From Octopus sinensis (Eukaryota): a stretch of DNA of 64,000 nt. The stretch is taken from contig NC_043003.1 in the NCBI RefSeq assembly GCF_006345805.1, positions 117,428,001-117,492,000 of the forward strand, given 5' to 3'. This document shows positions 54,354 to 64,000 of this stretch, one piece after another. The position numbers and the translations under genes were made by a program. The notes beneath the pieces were generated by a model. That model was not told where the DNA came from, did not search any database, and saw only the letters and a program-made list of their open reading frames with translations. Positions within the stretch are counted from its first letter, which is position 1. Each line of letters starts with the position of its first letter.

Positions 54354-54478
54354 ATTTAATTATTCATTTTGAATTGATAAAAGGTGGGTTTTTTTCTAAT
54401 ATTTTATATATATATATATATATATATAAAATATTAGAAAAAACCCACCTTTTATCAATTCAAAATGAATAATTAAAT
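54354..54478. repeat. ~125-bp palindrome centred on (TA)n
   Basis: Arms atttaattattcattttgaattgataaaaggtgggttttt(t)tctaatatttta match apart from one homopolymer indel. Confidence 0.9.
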
Positions 54479-55197
54479 ATATATATATATACTTACACGC
54501 TGGTGTTTTTAGTGAAGGGTTCCTCCTACGGGAAGCAGACGTTGAGGTTAAATCGCAAGCGGCCCCCACCCCTGTCAGCAGAAAGACTAGATTAAGCTGA
54601 TTAGTTTCAACCTATAGTGACACACCATCAGAGAACTGTTACTTGTTCCTTTACAGAGAGAAAATAGTAGCTTACAGCTATTTATAGTATAATCACTCGG
54701 TCAGAACTTAATTTGTCTGTCTAATTTGCATAACATTGCAAACATTAAGAACGTGAATTAATTAATCGAAATACTATGCATCTATTTGAACCTCCACGCT
54801 ATACGCTGCAACGACGAATAACAATACAGAGAAGGGAAAAAAAGATAAAGGAAAAAAGAGAAAAATAAATACAATACAGAATACGAAATTTTATCTGGAT
54901 TCTAAATTTCACGCAAAGATTTATACTGAATAAGGAATTAATTCTTGTACGAAATGGAATCGAAACGATTAGGCGTAGCTATGCGGTACGAAGCTTGATT
55001 CTCCATCATATGGTTTGGGGTTCAGTCCCACTGTGTGGCACCTTGAGCAAGTGCCTTCTACTATAGATTCGGGCCGAATAAAGCCTTGTGAATGGATTTG
55101 GAAACTGAAAGAAATTTGTCGAACACTGTGTGTGTGTTTGTGCGCATGTGTGTGTGTGTGTGTTTGTGTATGTGTGTGTGTGTGTGTGTGTGTGTTT

Positions 55198-55240
<43 letters not shown>

Positions 55241-55596
55241 TGTGAGTGTGTGACATTGATAAGATTACAATAATCGAAACCAGTGACTTGTTCTCGGAAC
55301 CATTTTGCTGAGAGATCGCTATGTTTTAACCACTGGGTATATTTATACATCAATTTGCGTATATCCTTATAAAATGTACGGATATAAACTTCTTAACTCT
55401 ATGTTATTGCCATCTATGTATCACACTCAATGTAGACACATTCCTGTAGGCAAAACTGTTGGTATTCAACTGAAAACGCGCTTTGTTTACACAAATATGT
55501 AAAAATCATTTTACTTCAGTTGTATATTTAAGAGATGAGGAATTATTTACATTATTTACATTTGACGGATATTTGTCCTCATCTTCTTTGTTGTTA

Positions 55597-55640
55597 ACAC
55601 AACGTTTCGGCTGATATACCCTCCAGCCTTCATCGGGTGC
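55597..55640 (-). ncRNA. Minimal type I hammerhead motif with U4C substitution (PLE-type)
   Basis: gcac CCGATGA A GGCTG-gagggtatat-CAGCC GAAAC GT T gtgt. Confidence 0.65.
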
Positions 55641-55728
55641 CTTGGGGAAATTTCGAACCTGGGTTCTCATTCCTAAGGTATTTTTTTATGTTATTATTAT
55701 TATCATTATTATTATTATTATTATTATT

Positions 55729-56281
55729 GAGTGAGAGAGCAGTTCATGCCATCAAAGTGACACTGGGGTAAAATATACGAAGCCCAATATACCCATCATG
55801 ACTACCCGTCTGATAAAGGTACACCAGGCACATGCATCACAACCATATGTGCGCGACATGGTGATCTCATATCAAGATAAACAGCACATGACCTTGCAGG
55901 TGGGGCCCAGTTAGAATTTTCTTCAGGTTGAGTAGCCCATCCCGCTCAAACGGTCCCTGAATAAGGGTTGTTTAAGGATGTTGAAAGAACCACCCATGTT
56001 TCCAGAGGTGAACTATTCAAACCCCAAAGAATCCCTCTCAACACATGGCTATGATGCTCCCCCACTACTTCTGCTCGTGATCAGAGATGCACATATCGTC
56101 AGCCACTAAGGGACATGCTCAACTTGTTAAGGTCAAACAACTGACAAGCAAATCTGTGGTATTGAGCAGAATATTTGCTGTAGCCCATCTTTTATACCAA
56201 GACAAAACAATGTACATGATAACACTTCCAATCAGTTAAGATCAGAAGCCATGAGAGCCACTGCCTGGTACTGCATCATGG

Positions 56282-56284
<3 letters not shown>
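55729..56284. mobile_element. Family D element, copy 1 of a tandem pair
   Basis: Full length with (TTA)n flanks. Confidence 0.9.
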
Positions 56285-56315
<31 letters not shown>

Positions 56316-56871
56316 GAGAGAGAGAGCAATGCATGCCATCAAAGTGACACTGGGGTAAAATATACGAAGCCCAGTATACACATCATGACTACCAGTCTGA
56401 TAAGGGTACACTAGGCACATGCATCACAACCATATGTGTGCGACATGGTGATCTCATTTCAAGATAAACAGCACATGACCTTGCAGGTGGGACCCAGTCA
56501 GAATTTTCTTCTGATCGAGTAGCCCATCCCGATCAAAAGGTCCTTGAATAAGAGTTGTTTAAGAATGTTGAACGAAACAGCCATGTTTCCAGAGGTGAAT
56601 TATTCAAACCCCAAAGAATCCCTCTCAAAACATGGCTATGATGCTCCCCCACTACTTCTGCTCATGATCAGAGATGCACATATCGTCAGCCACTAAGGGA
56701 CATGCTCAACTGGTAAAGGTCAAACAACTGACAAGCAAATCTGTGGTATTGAGCAGAATATTTGCTGTAGCTCATCTTTTATACCAAGACAAAACAATGT
56801 ATATGATAACACTTCCAATTAATTAAGATCAGAAGCCACGAGAGCCACTGCCTGGCACTGCATCAGGGCAT
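56316..56871. mobile_element. Family D element, copy 2 of a tandem pair
   Basis: Head-to-tail with copy 1, separated by ~31 bp of (TTA)n. Confidence 0.9.
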
Positions 56872-56887
56872 TTATTTATTATTATTA

Positions 56888-56926
<39 letters not shown>

Positions 56927-57264
56927 TATTATTATTATTACTCAGGTCACAGCCTGGAATCGAACTCCAAGTATAATACATAAAAGGGCTCCTTTAATTT
57001 AGAACTGCTTCTCTTTAATTTTAGTTAACAAAAATACATGCTTACTGTCTGTTCTATGGATATTTGAACATTTTACCTTTTTCTTCACACGAAGCATCCC
57101 TGCACTGATGGAAGTGATGAAAGGGTAGACTGGAAAAAGTCCGTTTGAGAACTTTTGCATTCTTTTTCAACCAGGTGGCTACTTGAAACGCCAGGGATTC
57201 TTTTTCACGGCTTTTGTATAGATCTGTGACGACGTATTTCGTTTATACGAAATAGCTATAATTC

Positions 57265-57802
<538 letters not shown>

Positions 57803-58635
57803 TAAGAATGTGAAAACACCGCAAGTGATCGCGGCTGGAATATCTGCTCAGTCTGGTTTGACACGAGGTTAACCAAGCTCCCTTAGCAATAACAACAATA
57901 TCGCTTCCTAGAACAGGATGGTTATAATTGGAATGCTTTTAATCATAGGAAAGCTGTTATGTCAGGCCTAGGGTTAAATAATAAAAACAAAACCAACCAC
58001 AGCAGGGATAAAAAAAAACCAACAACAACAATGGGGAGCCTTTACATATTTGTTAGGCCTACTAAAAATAATAGTCAAATTGCCCGTTAATCACACGCTA
58101 CCTTCTTCAATAAGTCGGAATAAATTTAAACATTGTAAACTTCAACACCAACAAAGTTGAAACGGTTGGTTAGAATGTCTATGAGTATAGACAGCAAAAA
58201 CAACATAACAGTTATATCAACTAGCAAAAATTAATTGTATAGCTACTTGACCACAAGTCAACGAGGAAGTATATACGTGGCCGGACAACTTACAAGAAAA
58301 AGCTACCGAATTCTCACGAATTACAATCTAAAAGTTTAAAAGAGACATTCTATATGTGACAGTTTCTACGGAACGCTTGCGTTAAGGAAAAACAAACACT
58401 TCTAAGTTTGTCGAAGGTTAGCCTACACGCTGTTGAATAACTTCGTTTTGAAATTCTCCCTGAGGATATATCCAATTCACTGGTTTGGAATACGGAATTT
58501 TATTTCTGAAATTAAAGAAGTGTGTATGGAAACAACTGTATGCAGGAATTTCTATGTATGAATCTGAATGCCTTTAAATAAAAACATCTGTACGTAAAGT
58601 TTTATCTATTTGCTTCATTTTCTTATTCAAAAAGG

Positions 58636-58672
<37 letters not shown>

Positions 58673-58675
<3 letters not shown>

Positions 58676-59080
58676 CGCAGGAGCGGCTGAGTGGTAAGTA
58701 GCTTGCTTACCAATCACATGGTTCCGGGTTCAGTCCCATTGCGTGGAACCTTGGGCAAGTGTCTTCTACTATAGCCTCACGCCGAACAAAGCCTTGTGAG
58801 TAGATTTGGTAGACGGAAACTGAAAGAAGTCCGTCGTATATATGTCTATATATGTATGTGTGTATATATGTTTGTGTGTCTGTGTTTGTCCCCCCAACAT
58901 CGCTTGACAACCTATGGTGGTGTGTTTACGTCCCCGTAATTTAGCGGTCCGGCAAAAAAGACCGATAGAATAAGTAGTAGGCTTGCAAAGAATAAGTCCT
59001 GGGGTCGATTTGCTCGATTAAAGGCGGTGCTCCAGCATGGCCGCAGTCAAATGACTGAAAGAAGTAAAAGAAAGAATAAA
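58673..59080 (+). mobile_element. SINE family B
   Basis: Full head and tail. Confidence 0.9.
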
Positions 59081-59082
59081 AG

Positions 59083-59143
<61 letters not shown>

Positions 59144-60136
59144 TATATATATATATATATAAAGATTAGGTTGCTATAGTTGGCATGTTTTTGGCCCTAA
59201 CTCAACTGGATCCGGTTTGACATGGCGTTATACACCATCAACCACATCTCCATCCCCTTATCTCATATGAAACCTTGACCTTAACCACCATCTCCCTAAC
59301 AGAAACACTTCACCACACTATGACAGTGAATGTGGCCATTTAGCAGAGGTCAGAGCTTTAAACTGTTCCGGCTACCTACGCTCCAAGTTCAAATCCTGCC
59401 GAGGTTAACTTTACTTTTCCTGCCTTTATTCGATAAAGAAAATATCAGCGACTAGGGTTAACGATTTCTATCTTCGTTCTACCTGTCGGAATTGGCCAGG
59501 TGAATTTGCCAAGAAAGAATTTCACATTGCAGGCCTAACAAGCCCTTCAGCACCATTCTGTGAATTGAACAAGCATGTAAGAACTGCAGTCATTCCAGGC
59601 CAGCATCGACTGGAACCACCACTAGCATCACACCACTTCTCCACAGCCATTGCCAATTCCACGTTATAAATAACGAAATATCATGCGATGTTCGGTCTCA
59701 GAAAACAAAGAATATTGAATGCAAACAAAAGCTATGTTTAGTATTGAAAAAGAACAGAAAATCGTACGCACGCGCACACACGTATACAGATACATCACGG
59801 ACAGACACATACAGCGATACGCAAGCATACATCCATACGGCATTAATAAAATCAGTTTTATGTTCATTTTAATTAAAGATACATCATCTCATTGGAGTCA
59901 GTAAAATAAATATAGAAGTTTTTCTGAACGCCGAAGGAGAATAACAACAAACGCAATTATGTAAACGTATAGCCTTACACATATACAATTACATACACAA
60001 ACACACACATAACAAATATGGCGCACAAACTTACAAGCTTGCTGAAATGTTCGTTCAAATGAGTGTGGATATATAAAAGCGCTTATGAGTATAAATAATG
60101 TATATATTATTTATTAGGCATTGTGTATGTGTGTCT

Positions 60137-60179
<43 letters not shown>

Positions 60180-60790
60180 GTGGTGGGGTGTTTGTTTTAG
60201 ATGATGTGTCTACACATCCCGGTCAAAAGGCTGAATACATTGATAAAAATAGTGCTTTATATTGCAATTCAGGATGTAGATGACAAATAAGCAATGCATT
60301 TCATTATAAAATAAGGAGATAAACAGTTAACAGTTTAAAAAATGCAAATGTTACTGCCATACGGTTGCATTTCTTTAGAGTTGCCGTTAATGCAGCAGCA
60401 ATGCAATTTAGCGTTCTCGACCAAATATTGACTAGATCTAGAGTTACCTCCCGTGTCTCCAAGCCTTTCCAATCTAAGACAGACTAAACTCTGTAAGTTA
60501 CAATTTTTTCTTAATATAATCCCAAGAATATGGTCAGTTCAATTCTGGGGAGTGATCAGGAAAATAATCCTAACCAATAGATTAATTATTAGATTCAATT
60601 CTTAATTAGATTAATTATTAGGTTTAATTCTTAATCTTTCATGGTTGCGCCAACATATTAGAATATAGTGTTATTCTGAAGGATAAAGAGGGTCTGTAAT
60701 TTCATCTTCAAAATGTTAAAAGAGGTTTTAAAGTTCATGGTTTTACCTTGGAAATTCGCCAAATAGCATCTTTTCATTTGTAGAAATGCC

Positions 60791-61021
60791 TATTTCTTTA
60801 CTACCCACAAGGGGCTAAACGCAGAAGGGACGAACAAGGAAAGACAAACGGATTAAGTCTATTACATCGACCCCAGTGCGTAACTGGTACTTATTTAATC
60901 GACCCCGAAAGGATGAAGGGCAAAGTCGACCTCGGCGGAATTTGAACTCAGAACGTAGCGGCAGACGAAATACGGCTACGCATTTCGCCCGGCGTGCTAA
61001 CGTTTCTGCCAGCTCGCCACC
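60791..61021 (-). mobile_element. SINE family C, tail type 1
   Basis: 13-bp TSD ttgtagaaat(g/a)cc (60778-60790/61022-61034). Confidence 0.9.
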
Positions 61022-61541
61022 TTGTAGAAATACCGCCGCCTCCATACCACAATGGATGGGTATTGCTTGACTTGTGAAAGTATCTACCTGGATCCCACCT
61101 TAGCGTTGATGGACAACAAACAAATGGAATATTTGATACAAATTAATGGATGTGATGTCACTAGAGAGGCTTTTAAATGTAAACCCATATAAATGTATAT
61201 TTATACATGAATAATTTTGAAATTCATTCATATGTGTTTTAGAATACATAAAATGAGATATTCATGCCCGGGCATATTTACTGCAATATGTTCCTGCAGC
61301 TTTCTCTGTTAATTACTTTTTCCTGCCGCTTCTAAGAAGACAAAATCCCATTAGTTACACACAACACAAATATCGCTCATCCTATTTCATCTCCTTCCAA
61401 CTCAACAGAATATTCTACATATTTCTGCCATTCATTAAAATTGGCAGAACAAATGTTCTTACCTTCAGTTTGATTTGGAGGTTGCTGTACTTCTTCAACC
61501 CAAAATTCACGCAAAGTCTATCTAATCAGTATTAACGTTTC

Positions 61542-62132
61542 GAGCTGGCAGAAACGTTAGCACGCCGGGCGAAATGCTTAGCAGTGTTTCGTCTGCCGCT
61601 ATGTTCTAAGTTCAAATTCCACCGAGGTCGATTTTGCCTTTCATCCTTTCGGGATCGAGAATTAAGTACCAGTTACGCACTGGGGTCGATATAATCGACT
61701 TAATCCGTTTGTCTGTCCTTGTTTGTCCTCTCTGTGTTTAGCCCCTTGTGGTAGTAAAGAAATAGGTATTTCGTTTGTCTTTACGTCCTGAGTTCAAATT
61801 CCGCCGAGGTCGACTTTGCCTTTCATCCTTTCGGGGTTGATAAAATAAATACCAGTTACGCACTGGGGTGGATATAATCCACTTAATCCGTTTGTCTGTC
61901 CTTGTTTGTTCTCTCTGTGTTTAGCCCCTTGTGGGTAGTAAAGAAATAGGTATTTCGTCTGCCGTTACGTTCTGAGTTCAAATTCCACCGAGGTCGACTT
62001 TGCCTTTCATCCTTTCGGGATCGAGAATTAAGTACCAGTTACGCACTGGGGTCGATATAATCGACTTGATCCGTTTGTCTGTCCTTGTTTGTCCTCTCTG
62101 TGTTTGGCCCCTTCTGGGTAGTAAAGAAATGG
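61542..62132 (+). repeat. SINE C trimer: one head plus three 183-184-bp units
   Basis: Tail marker recurs at 61761, 61945 and 62128; whole array bounded by TSD gtattaac(g)tttc (61529-61541/62133-62144). Confidence 0.9.
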
Positions 62133-62799
62133 GTATTAACTTTCGTAAGCATACTGTTGACTTTATCGTCACTAGAGACAACCTTTGAATGAGGACTGCC
62201 AGGGTATATTAACAGGACAATGACAATTTGAGCTGGATCTTCATTGTGGCTGTAGCAGCTGCATACTCCATAGCGTATGTGAGGCTGGTTGATAAATAGT
62301 TTTGCTAGTTTTAGTGTTAGCGGTTTGATAGACATTATCGTAAGCAGCCGTGAATCTGTTCATTCACTAATTTAGTCTCAGTATCTCATACACTGAACTT
62401 AAAAGATAAACGTCATCTGCAATCAAAAACCTACACACAGTGCCTTCCTTCTATTACGTTTCGATTCACAGGAGCCTGCTATCAAAACCATTAGATATGG
62501 TGGGGCCATCTTCTATGTTCTGCAACACAACGCTTAGTTAAGATTTTTCCCTTCTTTCAAACTGATTTACGTAGCAGTTCCCCGGCGATTCCCAGCAGAG
62601 TGAATTTAGCGAACTAGTCAACTGTAGACATGTAACTGCCAGCACTAGTGTTCACACATAGCTTCGTATAAAATAAACAGAATAAGTGTTATTACTAACA
62701 GCTGAAAGACGAATGAGAAAACAGTTGTGTATATTTTATATAAATTTGGCGGCAGTGTTTGTGTGTGTGTGTGTGTACATGTAGGTTGTTGTGTATTAT

Positions 62800-62964
62800 A
62801 GGCGTACGCGTGGCTGTGTGGTAAGTAGCTTGCTTACCAACCACATGGTTTCGGGTTCATTCCCATTGCGTGGCACCTTGGGCAACTGTTTTCTACTATA
62901 GTCTCGGGCCGACGAAAACCTTGTGAGCAGATTTGGCAAATGAAAACTGAAAGAAGCTCGTCGC

Positions 62965-63028
<64 letters not shown>

Positions 63029-63230
63029 TTGTGTATTTGTGTTTGTCTCCCACCATCGCTTCACAACCGAGGTTGGCGCGTTTACGCCTCGTAACTTAGC
63101 TGTTCGGCAAAACAAACGATAGAATAAGTACTAACTTACAAAGAATAAGTCCTGGAGTCGATTGATTTTTTTCAACTAAAGGCGGTGCTCCAGCATTGCC
63201 GCAATTAAATAACTGAAACACATAAAAGAA
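62800..63230 (+). mobile_element. SINE family B
   Basis: Full head, (TG)n and tail. Confidence 0.9.
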
Positions 63231-64000
63231 TATATTTTATTGTGAGGTTGTGCAATATATGCATTGATGTGGGTATGCTGTGTTTGCGCTGAAAAACTTG
63301 TTTCAGTTCAGTTTCAAAAGCTAATTCTAAAAATATTCAATTTTGTTTTCTGTTCTGAAACTTCTGCGACTGAATCCACAGCCAAACTATTTGACCCTCT
63401 TCGGCCCAGCCCACCTCTCTAGAAAACAAGCTTCACAGAGTGTTAATAGTACAGTGCACCGTTACAGCACTGTAAGCAATGTATATTTAATGAGCTTTAT
63501 TTTTTGAAAAAATTCAAATCCATTTGTGAGTGTTGTTTTATACAGAGATAGACAGGGAAAGAGAGGAAAATGCAAGCAAATTGCCATTTGAATATTATTG
63601 TATTCAAACACACATGGATACTGTTGTGTGCGTATTTACATATGATCGAAATTATAGATGCATATATGTAAACAAAATATCGAGCAGAATGAATAATACA
63701 TAAATCCTACTGTGTGTGTGTATCTACTTCTATATAATCATGTATATATATGCGTGCATGTATGTATATTTGGTTCGTGTATATTTAGATATGTTGTGCA
63801 TTTGGAATCGCATTAGTATTATACAAACAAGATAGATATATAAGCACACGCACAAACTCACGTCTTTGTAAGTACACACAAACACACGTACACACACATC
63901 CACTCGTGAAAAAATTATGTATATGTGCATAGATAGATACGTACGTAGGAACGTGCGTACATAAGTAAATATAGATAATATATATTTATCGAGAGAGAGA

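Noticed and set aside
58455-58510. CTGAGGA followed by a hairpin (TCCAA/TTGGA)
   Set aside because: No GAAA, stem III or matching stem I.

Overview
AT-rich eukaryotic (metazoan) genomic DNA packed with microsatellites ((TA)n, (CATA)n, (TTA)n, (GAGT)n, (GATA)n), SINEs and decayed transposons. The repeat style suggests an octopus/cephalopod genome (inference). No host protein-coding gene can be supported; almost all supplied ORFs are microsatellite or SINE translations. Recognisable content: three tRNA-like SINE families (A, B, C), a ~560-bp (TTA)n-embedded element (family D), RTE LINE remnants (one 5'-inverted), 3' ends of a restriction-like-endonuclease (RLE) LINE sitting in (CATA)n, mariner/Tc1 and MITE remnants, Helitron/Helentron-like elements, Penelope-like (GIY-YIG) remnants and one 100-N gap. 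Main discovery: at least seven type I hammerhead ribozyme (HHR) motifs, found by eye. Two have intact cores (13728-13813 and 16454-16546, both minus strand). Two sit in a family of ~450-480-bp (TA)n-embedded foldback elements whose 123-128-bp inverted arm is antisense to the ribozyme. A second notable system is SINE C, which appears to target a GGTAT motif also present in its own head, building 184-bp tandem arrays. Coordinates were read by eye; ends of degenerate elements are approximate.
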